A DNA stretch of 64,000 nt, taken from Candidatus Thorarchaeota archaeon. Its GTDB lineage: Archaea > Asgardarchaeota > Thorarchaeia > Thorarchaeales > Thorarchaeaceae. The notes under the pieces are model-generated. The model ran no database searches. It worked only from the letters and a program-made list of their open reading frames with translations, and was not told the DNA's origin. The translations under genes were made by a program, and so were the position numbers. Positions 9,838-19,743 of this stretch are shown in pieces. The stretch lies in assembly GCA_004524445.1 (NCBI GenBank), contig SDNP01000003.1:1-64000 (forward strand), read 5' to 3'. Position 1 is the stretch's first letter. Every line of letters starts with the position of its first letter.

Positions 9838-10302
9838 TTAGGATGCCAATTCCCTGGCGAATAGCTCTCCGAAAGTCCGCCCATGTTCAAGCTCATTTGT
9901 CCCTAGTGGGCCTTTGGAGTCAATTACCACAGAAGTCAGCCCGGGAGTGAAAATCTTGGCGCCGGGTGCCTTGTCCCGGACCATGTCCTCAATCTGCTCC
10001 ACGGCATTTCCTTCATGCCTGTCAGATTGGTATGTTTCGAAAGCACCAACTAGTTTTCCATCTAGCCCTTTCTTTGCCAGTTTCTTCACGGATCCCTTGA
10101 TGCCTCGAGTTGCTCTGAAGAAATGTATTGGACACCCAAACAATACACCATCATAGGTTGACATGTCCACAAGGTCCAGTTCTCTGATATTGAGAACGGT
10201 AGACTCAACATTTTCATTCTCATCTATTCCAGCAGCAATCTCCCTAGCAAGTTTCTCCGTGTTACCATAAGTTGTGTCATACACTACCAGTGCGCGTTTC
10301 AT
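9838..10302 (-). CDS. Flavodoxin-family protein
   Basis: VVYDTTYGNTEKLA FMN-phosphate loop; YDGVLFGCP. Confidence 0.9.
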   Translation of the reverse strand: MKRALVVYDTTYGNTEKLAREIAAGIDENENVESTVLNIRELDLVDMSTYDGVLFGCPIHFFRATRGIKGSVKKLAKKGLDGKLVGAFETYQSDRHEGNAVEQIEDMVRDKAPGAKIFTPGLTSVVIDSKGPLGTNELEHGRTFGELFARELAS

Positions 10303-10376
10303 CTTGAATCTCTGCTCCTAAATAATCCTACATGACGACAGACTTCTCTTAGCTGGTATGTCCTAAAGTGTTTTAT

Positions 10377-11597
10377 CTATTTGGAGGCAGGTTGCCGATT
10401 CCTTTGCATTGACCTACGATGTCCAAATAGCACCACAAGAAGAGACCCTAATTCGACGATTCCAGCCAGAATGAATGCCATAACGAACCCACTGTACACT
10501 AAAACGGTCCCGAGAAGCAATGGTCCCACAATCATTCCAAGATTACCCATGAAATTGAAGAACCCCATTCCAGTTGCCGTATCCTTGCTGTTCGTAACAT
10601 CTCCAACCCAAGCAAGAGTGGGTGGAGCGGTCAATCCAGAAAAGGCGCCCAGTAGCATGAGAGCAAGAACGAGTAAAACTAATCCTTGTTCAGCAGCTAT
10701 TCCTATGACTGTAAGAATCAACGCATAGGCTAGGCTACCAACAACTACTGGTTTAAACCGTCCTATTCTATCTGACAGCCTACCCACAGGGTATTGTAAC
10801 AGAATGAAAGGCATGGCAAATAATCCCAAGACCATTCCTCTCAGAGATTCTGAAACGCCCAGCACCTGAACAAGCATCAAAGGCAAAGCGGTCAATATGA
10901 AACCCATATGTAGTCTGTCGACAAAATTGATTGTAGCAGGGATTGTTATCTCCGGATTGCGTTTAGCTAAAGAGATACTCCTACGTAATGATGGCTGAGA
11001 TGTCAAATGGACTGGTTCTTTGATACCAATAATAGAAAGAATCCCAACGAGAAGGCTAAGAAGCGAGGCTGCATAGTACGGCTGAAAAACGCTCTGTTCA
11101 GCCAATATGCCGCCTAGAACCGGACCGAGGCCCATTGCTGTCGCCAGAAACATTCCGAAAATCCCCATGTTTTTTCCTCGATTTGATGAGAGAGAATTAT
11201 CAAGGGCTAGCGTCATCAGAGTCTGCCAAACCAATACTGTAAATGCGCCCTGAACGAACCGCATCATCAAGAGCACCTGGTAGTCCAGAATTACAGTCAT
11301 GAACCAATAGAACAAGGATGCTCCCAACCCACCCACCGTTATGAAGAGTTTCCTCTTTGCGATTCTATCGGAGACAATACCTGTAGTGATTCCAAAGATC
11401 AGATAGGACAAATAGAGCACTGCATCGAACAGAGAATACTGAAACTTAGAAATCTGAGGGAATCGTGCCAAGATGAATTCGGGTTCATTTGTATAAAGAA
11501 GCGCGGCGGCAGAAACGGTGAGAAGGACCAAAACACCCAAGAGGATGATTTGACGGACACTTCCATCTTCTGCTTGAGATTCATTCATTGGTATCAC
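10377..11597 (-). CDS. MFS transporter
   Basis: About 12 TM helices; motif A GIVSDRIAKR and GRLSDRIGR; MMRFVQG. Confidence 0.92.
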   Translation of the reverse strand: MIPMNESQAEDGSVRQIILLGVLVLLTVSAAALLYTNEPEFILARFPQISKFQYSLFDAVLYLSYLIFGITTGIVSDRIAKRKLFITVGGLGASLFYWFMTVILDYQVLLMMRFVQGAFTVLVWQTLMTLALDNSLSSNRGKNMGIFGMFLATAMGLGPVLGGILAEQSVFQPYYAASLLSLLVGILSIIGIKEPVHLTSQPSLRRSISLAKRNPEITIPATINFVDRLHMGFILTALPLMLVQVLGVSESLRGMVLGLFAMPFILLQYPVGRLSDRIGRFKPVVVGSLAYALILTVIGIAAEQGLVLLVLALMLLGAFSGLTAPPTLAWVGDVTNSKDTATGMGFFNFMGNLGMIVGPLLLGTVLVYSGFVMAFILAGIVELGSLLVVLFGHRRSMQRNRQPASK

Positions 11598-11747
11598 ATG
11601 GAACCGACCTGTGTACTAGAGGCATAATAAGTCTGTGAAGGCACCGGATTTCGATTATCATCAGACGCCAAGTATTCTTGCCCTTACTATTTCATATCTA
11701 TTAGAGAATATACTTTAGGGGTGATGACCTGTAAGTAGAATAACATC

Positions 11748-12281
11748 ATGCTTAGGATTGAAATTGATATGACCGAGTCGCCCAAATTCAAGGAAAAGAT
11801 GGACATTACAGTTGAAGAACACCACAAAGCCGTTGCGTCAAAGCTTGTTTCCCTTGTAAGATGGCTGGAGAACGAGCTAGGCGAAGAGAGAGCTCACCAA
11901 GTTTTCTCAGACTGGGCCGAGAAAGAGTCAGTTGAAAGCGTTCGAGAGCTTATCGAGAAACTGGAGGAACCGATTGAGGACTTTGAAGATGTGAAGATAT
12001 TACTTAGAGAATGGATAAGAGACATCAATGAGAATAATCTAGAAGATGTTTCCATCACAGAGGAGACTGCAACGTCCTCGACGTGCATGGTTGACGCATG
12101 TATCCATGCCAAAGTGTTTCGGGATCTTGATGCTGAAGATATAGGCTATCTCCTGTACTGCAAGCACGATTTCGCAGCAGCACCAGCAATCCATCCCAAA
12201 GTAGCATTGAAGCGCACAAAGACGCGGATGGAAGGTGACGAAGTCTGCGATTTCGTCTATTACTGGACTGAATCACCATAG
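11748..12281 (+). CDS. L-2-amino-thiazoline-4-carboxylic acid hydrolase-like (V4R-related) protein
   Basis: C...IGYLLYCKHDF...LKRTKTRMEGDEVCDF pattern. Confidence 0.8.
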   Translation: MLRIEIDMTESPKFKEKMDITVEEHHKAVASKLVSLVRWLENELGEERAHQVFSDWAEKESVESVRELIEKLEEPIEDFEDVKILLREWIRDINENNLEDVSITEETATSSTCMVDACIHAKVFRDLDAEDIGYLLYCKHDFAAAPAIHPKVALKRTKTRMEGDEVCDFVYYWTESP

Positions 12282-12363
12282 TAGTGAGAAGACACACGTT
12301 CCAAAACCGTTATACCTTACATATAGTGATTCTTCTACTCAGACCTCAATTGGAGTAAGCAAC

Positions 12364-13545
12364 ATGTTCAAAGAGAAAGGAATGGCAGAAGAAGAGGTTC
12401 TGGGAGACTTAGAAAAGCTCCTAGCTAGAGATGCAACCTATTCGTCGGGACACCCGATTGCATCAATGTCAACAATTCCAAACCAGTTAGGTGTGGAAGT
12501 CTTTTCGAAGACATTGGAGAAGAATGCAGGCAGACTTCACACATTCAAGGGCTCTGCAAGAGTAGAACAGCAAGTAGTCCATATGCTTGGTGATTTGTTG
12601 CATCTAGATTCTCCAGTGGGCACAACTACATCAGGTGGCACTGAGTCAAATATGCTCGCGATGTTGGCTGCAAGAGAAAACGCTCCAAAAGAGGTCAAAA
12701 AACCAGAAGTCATTGCACCGAAGTCGGTTCATTCTTCCGTAGATAAGGCGGCGTGGTTATTGGGAGTTCACCTCGTTAAGACAGAGGTGGATGACGTGTT
12801 CAAGGCCATTCCGTTCGAGATTGAAGAACAAATTAGCGAGAATACAATTGCAATATTCTGTACGGCAGGGACGACGTATTTAGGTCAAGTTGATCCCATT
12901 GCTGAGATAGGATCTATTGCAAGAGAGAGGGATATTCCGCTACATGTTGATGCTGCATTTGGAGGCTTTGTCATTCCATTTCTGAAGGACGCTGGGCATC
13001 GCTCCTATGACTTTGATTTCAAGGTAGAAGGGGTCACTTCTGTAAGCACAGATCCACACAAAATGGGCATGGCTCCAATACCTGCGGGTAGTTTGCTATT
13101 TCGAGATACGAAGATGCTGGATATGATAACAAGGAAGGTCCCCTATCTTAGAGGAGCAAGTGCAACACAGGCTTCCCTCTTAGGTACACGCCCAGCTTCA
13201 TCGATTCTTGCAACATGGGCGATCATGAGACATCTCGGAAGGCAAGGCTATAGAGAATTAGTCAAAGAATGCATGCAACGAACTGAGCATGCACATGACC
13301 GAATTAAACAAAATACCCTGATAGAAGCAGCGATAGAACCTGTGATGAATATCTTAGGAATAACAAGTAAGGAACGCGACCTCGACGAAACCGTGGAGGA
13401 AATGGAAAAAAGAGGGTGGAGAATGGCCACCTCGCCAATCCCGCCCACCATGAGGCTGGTTGTGATGCCCCATGTTACAGAGGGCGCGATAAATGCATTC
13501 TTCAATGATTTAGACTTAGTAACTACGACAATACCTGCAAACTAG
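12364..13545 (+). CDS. mfnA: PLP-dependent L-tyrosine/L-aspartate decarboxylase
   Basis: TSGGTESN, HVDAAFGG, STDPHKMG (PLP lysine), GTRP; start set at MFKEKG. Confidence 0.9.
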   Translation: MFKEKGMAEEEVLGDLEKLLARDATYSSGHPIASMSTIPNQLGVEVFSKTLEKNAGRLHTFKGSARVEQQVVHMLGDLLHLDSPVGTTTSGGTESNMLAMLAARENAPKEVKKPEVIAPKSVHSSVDKAAWLLGVHLVKTEVDDVFKAIPFEIEEQISENTIAIFCTAGTTYLGQVDPIAEIGSIARERDIPLHVDAAFGGFVIPFLKDAGHRSYDFDFKVEGVTSVSTDPHKMGMAPIPAGSLLFRDTKMLDMITRKVPYLRGASATQASLLGTRPASSILATWAIMRHLGRQGYRELVKECMQRTEHAHDRIKQNTLIEAAIEPVMNILGITSKERDLDETVEEMEKRGWRMATSPIPPTMRLVVMPHVTEGAINAFFNDLDLVTTTIPAN

Positions 13546-13898
13546 TCAATGGGAGTTTCGCCTGATTTTATTTTGTCAATTTCCTCTTCCAATTCCCGGA
13601 CATCATTTGTCAATTCAAGAATCTTATTAAGCAAGATTGAAATCATCACACCATAGTTGATTTGGTATCCTTCTTCGCGGGCAATGATGTTAGCCTCCTC
13701 AAGTCTGCGTGCGGCATTCGTAATCGACTGCTTGGATACCTTTCTTCTCTCGACCACATCATCGATTACTTCTCGGACCTCACTGGGAGCCACTGGGGGG
13801 CCTTGGAGAGGTTCCAGAAGAGCGTGAATGACCTTCAGTCCAACACGCATTCTGGGATTCATCAACTTGGCCATTGCATCCTCAAGGTCTTCTTTCAT
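13542..13898 (-). CDS. Winged-helix protein with C-terminal coiled coil
   Basis: VSKQSITNAARRLEEANII-x-EEGYQI wHTH pattern; heptad tail. Confidence 0.7.
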   Translation of the reverse strand: MKEDLEDAMAKLMNPRMRVGLKVIHALLEPLQGPPVAPSEVREVIDDVVERRKVSKQSITNAARRLEEANIIAREEGYQINYGVMISILLNKILELTNDVRELEEEIDKIKSGETPID

Positions 13899-14096
13899 CT
13901 GTCCTCTCTACCTTTATAGTACTGGTTCTCTGTAAACGTTTACTTAGTCAAAAACCTTCTTATCGACTGGAATCATAATTTGCACGAAAGAATTCTGAAT
14001 GTCCAAGGATTAGCGTTTACCACCTGCAAACAGAGAACAATCTCTTTTGCTAGTGGGAAAAGAAGAAAAGACAGAAACGAAAGGTATGCAAAAGGG

Positions 14097-14786
14097 ATGG
14101 TCGTGAAAACATCGATTGATAGAGTGGTTTTCGTTTCAGTAATTCATACCGATACTGACAGCCTTGAAGAAGCCAGAAGAGTGGTTTTAGAAACCGAACC
14201 TGATGTTGTGGCAGTAGAACTCGATCATGCTAGGTATGCTCAACTAACAAATCCCGATGTTTCGGAGGAGGATTTCATTCCTGATTCCGGAGATATGATT
14301 TCTCAGCTCTTGAATCAAATCGCTCTTCTTGAAGATGGCCTTGGATCACTTAGCGGTACGAGTGCTGGAGAAGAGATGCTTGCAGCAATTGAGGCGGGCA
14401 AAAAGACCGGCGCGAAAATCGCCTTGATAGACAGGCCCATTCATGCAACAGCACAGGCGTTGTTGAAAATTCCCTTAGATGAAATATACAAAATGACGAA
14501 TCTCATTCCGGATGCTACAGAGGACATTCAAAATGGCGGCGCAGTGGACATAATGGCGATTCTGAAGGAAGATGGAGCGATTGACAAACTCATGGATGAG
14601 TTTAGAGAAGAGTTTCCAAATATAGCCAAGGTTCTCATTGAAGACCGTGATGAGTATATTGCAGATGCAATTTTGACACTTCTAGGAGATGTAGATGGGA
14701 AAGTCGTCGTTGTGTTGGGTGCAGGTCATATTGATGGTGTAAAGAAGGCGTTGCAGAGGGCATTAAAAGCAAAATCTGCAAGTTAG
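14097..14786 (+). CDS. TraB/PrgY/GumN-family protein
   Basis: PDVVAVELDHARY, GEEMLAAI, ALIDRPI, EDRD, VVVLGAGHIDG. Confidence 0.9.
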   Translation: MVVKTSIDRVVFVSVIHTDTDSLEEARRVVLETEPDVVAVELDHARYAQLTNPDVSEEDFIPDSGDMISQLLNQIALLEDGLGSLSGTSAGEEMLAAIEAGKKTGAKIALIDRPIHATAQALLKIPLDEIYKMTNLIPDATEDIQNGGAVDIMAILKEDGAIDKLMDEFREEFPNIAKVLIEDRDEYIADAILTLLGDVDGKVVVVLGAGHIDGVKKALQRALKAKSAS

Positions 14787-15433
14787 ATTCCAAGTTGTTT
14801 TGCTAATTCTCTGACTCCTTCTCCAGTTTTGGCACTGATTTTCAGAACAGGTATGTCAGCATCGACTTCTCTGACATCTCGTACAAGAGCATCGACATCG
14901 AATTCCAAAGCTTGAGCGAGGTCTATTTTGTTTATCACAATCATGTCTGCACGCTTTATTGTGAGGGGATGTTTTCTAACCATATAGGGGCCCTCAGTCA
15001 CGCTAACCACGACGACTTTCTTCATCGCTCCGAGAGAATAACCGGCTGGACATATCAAATTGCCAACATTCTCAATGAACATGACATCGTAATCGGAGAG
15101 GGGGATTTCATTCAGTGCGACTTTCACCATTCGGGCATCCAAATGGCAGGCAGTACCAGTGTTGATTTGCACTGTGTCGACTCCATGAGAAGAAACCCGA
15201 TCTGCATCTATACGCGTCGCCAAATCCCCAGCGAGCATCAGAATCTTATGGTCATCTGCAATAAGGTCACAGAGAGCCTCAATGAGTTGAGTCTTTCCAG
15301 TTCCCACAGATCCCATGATGTCAAATACCTTGATTCCGTGTTCCTTGAATTTCGCCGCATTAAGTGCAGCCGCATCTTCATTAGCTCCAAAGAGATCCTT
15401 CCGGATGTCAATGTTCACAGTCTTTTCTTCCAT
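14783..15433 (-). CDS. hypB: Hydrogenase nickel-incorporation GTPase HypB
   Basis: GSVGTGKT, INTGTACHLDA, ENVGNLICPA, NKID. Confidence 0.95.
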   Translation of the reverse strand: MEEKTVNIDIRKDLFGANEDAAALNAAKFKEHGIKVFDIMGSVGTGKTQLIEALCDLIADDHKILMLAGDLATRIDADRVSSHGVDTVQINTGTACHLDARMVKVALNEIPLSDYDVMFIENVGNLICPAGYSLGAMKKVVVVSVTEGPYMVRKHPLTIKRADMIVINKIDLAQALEFDVDALVRDVREVDADIPVLKISAKTGEGVRELAKQLGI

Positions 15434-16003
15434 TTAGTTGGCGACCTCCCTGTCTTCAAGTTCGAATATTTTTTGCTCTTCATAGATATAATTCCCAATT
15501 AGGGGCCTGATAAGATTTCTCTCCAGCATAACAGCAATAACCGCCCATGCCGACCCTTGGGCGGTGTCGATTAATGCCGTCAAGACGGCGGCTTCGATGG
15601 ACTCGCTTAGGTAGAGAAAAATGGTCATGTCAGGAATGAATCCGCCAATGAATCCACCGCCGAGGACTGCCAATAGTAGGTACTTCAGACTGTCCCGCTC
15701 ACGCGTGACATAAATGGCATATCCAGTTCCAATTCCTAAGAAAATATTACCCATGAGTGGCAGCATGCTAAATTCACCGCCGCCAAGAACACCACCAATT
15801 CCGACAATAGTACCAACGAACACGCCACCTGGTATACCACCAATCACTCCACCAAGTTCTGAGAAAAGAAAACCGGGTGTTATCTCTACAAACTCAGGAA
15901 TAACTGTGAATCTGACGAAGAGTCTTGCAACAACTCCAAGAGCAGCAATCATTGCAAGAGTGGTAAGAGCCACTGTATTCTTCTTGAGGGGCAATGCATC
16001 CAT
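15434..16003 (-). CDS. ECF transporter S-component-like membrane protein
   Basis: VALTTLAMIAALGVV N-terminus, Gly-rich TM helices; start at MDALP. Confidence 0.65.
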   Translation of the reverse strand: MDALPLKKNTVALTTLAMIAALGVVARLFVRFTVIPEFVEITPGFLFSELGGVIGGIPGGVFVGTIVGIGGVLGGGEFSMLPLMGNIFLGIGTGYAIYVTRERDSLKYLLLAVLGGGFIGGFIPDMTIFLYLSESIEAAVLTALIDTAQGSAWAVIAVMLERNLIRPLIGNYIYEEQKIFELEDREVAN

Positions 16004-16025
16004 GATATTATCCTCGTCAGACCCT

Positions 16026-16406
16026 TTATTCTTCAGGCTGCTCGGACCATGACTCCAACAAGAATCTTCTGGTTTCTTCGTACCATTCATCCAGATGTTT
16101 GAGAATCGCTTCTCTCACCTCAGCTGTTGAAATCGCCTTGTAGACGTAATAGTATCCACCCCTATCAAAGTACTTTGTGTCCCGTGTAACCAATCCTTTT
16201 TTGAAGAGGTCGCCCAGGATTTTTTGAGTGGTACTTCTATCTCGACCGATTTTGGAGGCAACTTCTTCAACTGTTTCTGCTTCAGACAGTAACGAGAAAT
16301 AGGCATCAGTCTCACTACTCCGCAGACCAAATGCACAACAGAGTAAGTCTGAAGGCTTGTCAAACCCCTTGCTAAAAAGTCCCTCCAGCTGATTTCTTGT
16401 TGTCAT
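16026..16406 (-). CDS. TrmB-like HTH transcriptional regulator
   Basis: CAFGL..ETDAY..LL, TVEEVASKIGRDRSTTQK, GGYYYVY. Confidence 0.85.
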   Translation of the reverse strand: MTTRNQLEGLFSKGFDKPSDLLCCAFGLRSSETDAYFSLLSEAETVEEVASKIGRDRSTTQKILGDLFKKGLVTRDTKYFDRGGYYYVYKAISTAEVREAILKHLDEWYEETRRFLLESWSEQPEE

Positions 16407-16453
16407 TTTTCATCTGGGTATATCCGTCATTATTCTAAAATAAGGGTTGTGCA

Positions 16454-16984
16454 ATGCTTATGCACATTCGTTTGGGATTACATAATACTTCGTTTCAAAA
16501 GAGCACAATCCATCTTATGCCTGGTGAGAATATATTGGATTTTAGAACAATCCGTAATGGAGGCGAAAACGACCCCTGGGAAAGAAATGAGCATCCACCT
16601 CCCATGCGAAGCTCGATCAACCTAGCACCGCTTAAAGGCGCATTAGAATCAGATCCAGTTAGGTCAAAAATTCTCACAATACTAATCCAAGATGGGTCCT
16701 GGGTGTCTACCACGGATTTGCTTCGTGCAGCACGACAAGTTCGAGCAGTTATAGGTGCAGTCACAATTGGGACCATCCTTAATGGCCTCAACGAACTGGT
16801 GCAATCTAGATTGATTATTAGTCGAACGTCGTTGCATACAGGAATGGACTGGGCGGAGTGGAGAATAAATCCCGATTGGCTTCAGCCGACACGTAAACTG
16901 CTACAAATGATTTCAAGAACCCGAGTTAGAAGTACAGAGGAATCGGTGCATAATAAAGTTCAAAGATTGCTTGATTCTGATTGA
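16454..16984 (+). CDS. Hypothetical winged-helix protein (true start uncertain, possibly 16604)
   Basis: ALESDPVRSKILTIL...WRINPDW; ArsR-like pattern. Confidence 0.6.
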   Translation: MLMHIRLGLHNTSFQKSTIHLMPGENILDFRTIRNGGENDPWERNEHPPPMRSSINLAPLKGALESDPVRSKILTILIQDGSWVSTTDLLRAARQVRAVIGAVTIGTILNGLNELVQSRLIISRTSLHTGMDWAEWRINPDWLQPTRKLLQMISRTRVRSTEESVHNKVQRLLDSD

Positions 16985-16993
16985 TAGCGATAT

Positions 16994-17029
16994 TTACTCA
17001 TAAATGAGTAATGATTAATATATGAGTAA
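16994..17029. promoter_or_regulatory. Tandem palindromic operator next to a BRE/TATA-like element
   Basis: Perfect TTACTCAT-AA-ATGAGTAA (16994-17011), then degenerate TGATTAAT-AT-ATGAGTAA (17012-17029), then GGTTATTAAG. Confidence 0.65.
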
Positions 17030-17060
17030 GGTTATTAAGTAGAATTGGCTGAGTCGACCC

Positions 17061-17765
17061 ATGCAGGATCGCAGTCAATCTACAACAAAGCAACTGGTCA
17101 CGCAAGAAGGAGAGGAAGACCCCGATAAGGGTTGGATTCTGCCTTATTCTGATGGCACTCATGAGATAGCAAAGAGAGTTGTTGTTGCTGCGTTGCTTGC
17201 GGCACTATCTATTGCAGTAACGCCAACTGCGACCTATGTCCCGAGATTGAATTGGGGCATTGCGCTCTTTGACCCCACTTCTATCTTCTGGATTATAGCG
17301 TTTCTAATAGGTGGCATTTGGGTAGGGCTGGTCAGTATGAGTGCTGGAGTACTCCTGTTGAACTTCTTCGACCCCTTTGCGCCTGTTGGTCCATTCGTGA
17401 AGCTTTTGGCTACATTACCAATGATAGTGATTCCGTGGCTGGGAACGAAATTCGTGCAGTGGAGGTCGGAGGGGGACCCATCTTATCATAACTCGCAGGA
17501 AGAAACAGAAGTAGGGTCCGGAGGCCGCATTCTATCGAGACCTGGATTCTTTGCGACCATGATGGTTTTGGCACTACTTATCCGTCTTATCATAACAATT
17601 CCGGTGAACCTTTCAATTGTTCCTACACTATATGGTATAACTGATGTTGAATTCATCATCATCTATACTATTGTTCTAAACATATCAACGGCTTTCTTCG
17701 ATGCCTTCATACCCTATCTTGTTGTATATCCAACCTCGGTTTATGACAACTTCAAACTGTGGTGA
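17061..17765 (+). CDS. ECF transporter S component (RibU-like vitamin uptake)
   Basis: KRVVVAALLAALSI, FDPTSIFWIIAFLIGG, about 6 TM helices. Confidence 0.7.
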   Translation: MQDRSQSTTKQLVTQEGEEDPDKGWILPYSDGTHEIAKRVVVAALLAALSIAVTPTATYVPRLNWGIALFDPTSIFWIIAFLIGGIWVGLVSMSAGVLLLNFFDPFAPVGPFVKLLATLPMIVIPWLGTKFVQWRSEGDPSYHNSQEETEVGSGGRILSRPGFFATMMVLALLIRLIITIPVNLSIVPTLYGITDVEFIIIYTIVLNISTAFFDAFIPYLVVYPTSVYDNFKLW

Positions 17766-17856
17766 GGTTGGCCTGCTAGCACAAGCAGAAACAGCTTAAA
17801 TACAAACACCGAGAGATAGCACCACACATAGCCCTCTATGAGATGGTGGAAGAACA

Positions 17857-18666
17857 ATGCGACGATGTGAATTCTGCGAGTCCCCTGTAGCCGCAGATGC
17901 AACCGTTTGTCCGGTCTGTGGAGAAGAGATTGCTGAAGAAACACTTGAAAGAGTATTACCCATGCTCAAGAGACCAGCAGCTCCCGATGTCAGGGTTCTA
18001 AGCACTGCGGAGAGACTCTGGGGGGTGTTAAGAAGACCAAACGCAGCCTACAGAGATATTGCACAAAGACCGGACTACTTCGGGCCCTTTGTGGTAATAG
18101 TAGCAAACGCACTCATTCTTGCTGGATTTTTCCTGACCATATCTTCAAAGTTCACTACCACTGTGATTGTCAATGCCACCACAGGACAGACTGCTAGAGT
18201 AAGCGTGCTTTTTGCTCCGGCGGGATCTGAGTTTCTGATTACTGCACTGTTGTCTATTCTCCCGAATATCATCTTAGGACTGGTTTATCTTGTCATAGGA
18301 TCAGCTTTTGCACACTTAGCATTCAAGGTAACAGGGGGATTGGGACGAAAAGGAAAGACAGCAGCAGTAGTTGGCTATAGCATGCTGCCTTTGCTTTTGT
18401 TCCGACTTGCCGCTTTACTATACGTATTCCTAGTGATGCCTACATATCCACTAGGAACAACAGCAGGTCCTGAAATCATCAATTCGATATTCCAATCAGA
18501 TGTGTGGTTGATTATTGACTATCTGACTACAGCCTCTTTTGTTTGGGTCGGATTTCTGTTGATATTTGGGATCAGAGAGGCACATAATACGTCAACGGGG
18601 TGGGCGACTCTCGTAGCCATCGCTTGTATGCTGGTTTTGACTTGGACATTTTGGCAAGCCCATTGA
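17857..18666 (+). CDS. Yip1-domain membrane protein with N-terminal zinc ribbon
   Basis: CEFC...CPVCG; ERLWGVLRRP...RPDYFGP; VVGYSMLPL; 5 TM helices. Confidence 0.8.
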   Translation: MRRCEFCESPVAADATVCPVCGEEIAEETLERVLPMLKRPAAPDVRVLSTAERLWGVLRRPNAAYRDIAQRPDYFGPFVVIVANALILAGFFLTISSKFTTTVIVNATTGQTARVSVLFAPAGSEFLITALLSILPNIILGLVYLVIGSAFAHLAFKVTGGLGRKGKTAAVVGYSMLPLLLFRLAALLYVFLVMPTYPLGTTAGPEIINSIFQSDVWLIIDYLTTASFVWVGFLLIFGIREAHNTSTGWATLVAIACMLVLTWTFWQAH

Positions 18667-18669
18667 TTC

Positions 18670-19611
18670 CTAGAATCCGCCATAAAGGGGGATCACCACA
18701 AAAGCGATGAGACCAACTAGAGCGCCAACCTTGTCTAGTGTGCTTCCAATCATGAGTCGTTTCTCATCTTTTGGACCAGTGAGCGGCACTATTGCAGCAG
18801 CTGAAACCAGTAGAGCCCCGGCGAGCAGGAGCGGCCAAAGGTCGTAGCTGGCAAATCCAAGGAACCATATGAGAACATAACATATGACACCAATCATGTT
18901 TAGGATTGCCTGGACGGCTGCTGAAACATTATACCCATAGATCCGTGCTATTGTGCGGACATCACGAAGCTTGTCACCCTCAACATCCTCCGCACCTTTG
19001 ATCGTTTCTCGGGCTTGTAGAATCATGAATGCCGTTATGAAGAACAGCCAAATCGGAACAGGGAGGGCGATTTGCCCAATGTTTTCTCCGTAGATGATTG
19101 ATCCATAGATTACACCAAAGGCAAATGAAAATGCCACCATGAAGTTGCCAGCTATTCCCAATTCCTTTACTTTGGATGCATACGCATAGCCCACGAACAA
19201 GAAGATAACGACCACAATTGCACCTATAACACCGTTCAGCAGTGCAAAGAAGATACCCAAGGCGCTAAGGATTACAACATAAATCCATGCCTGCCGGGTG
19301 GTCATCCGACCGCTAGGCAGTGCTCTGTGAGGCCTATTGATTCTATCGATTTCAATATCATATATGTCGTTGACCACATTGCCACCAGCAGCAACGAAGA
19401 AGTAGGTAACATATCCGAATACAATCATCATTATGTGACTCAGAAGCCCTATATCAGTGGGATTCAGTCTATAGGACATCGCGATTCCGGAAATAACTGT
19501 CAATCCACCAATGATGCAGTTCTGGGGACGGATGATGGAAAGAAAGGCTAGTGGGTCAATTCTTGGCTTAGGTGTCTTTTCCTCTGATGCATCATTTGAC
19601 AACTGACTCAC
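18670..19611 (-). CDS. Digeranylgeranylglyceryl phosphate synthase (UbiA family)
   Basis: IIRPQN, NDIYDIEIDRINRPHRALPSG, RETIKGAEDVEGD. Confidence 0.9.
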   Translation of the reverse strand: MSQLSNDASEEKTPKPRIDPLAFLSIIRPQNCIIGGLTVISGIAMSYRLNPTDIGLLSHIMMIVFGYVTYFFVAAGGNVVNDIYDIEIDRINRPHRALPSGRMTTRQAWIYVVILSALGIFFALLNGVIGAIVVVIFLFVGYAYASKVKELGIAGNFMVAFSFAFGVIYGSIIYGENIGQIALPVPIWLFFITAFMILQARETIKGAEDVEGDKLRDVRTIARIYGYNVSAAVQAILNMIGVICYVLIWFLGFASYDLWPLLLAGALLVSAAAIVPLTGPKDEKRLMIGSTLDKVGALVGLIAFVVIPLYGGF

Positions 19612-19743
19612 AACCTAGTGCTATCGGCTTCTGAACTTGAATTAAGGATTTCGGGAAGTCCCTAATGTCAGAACAAAGGGAGCCGTTACGCCCTCTAGCA
19701 ACCGCTATAAAAGAGCAATGACAAGAGGGGATAGAGGACTTAA

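Noticed and set aside
14912-15502. 196-aa His-rich + strand ORF next to hypB (tempting as a Ni-binding protein)
   Set aside because: It is the antisense shadow of hypB; His/Phe richness is expected from reverse-complemented codons
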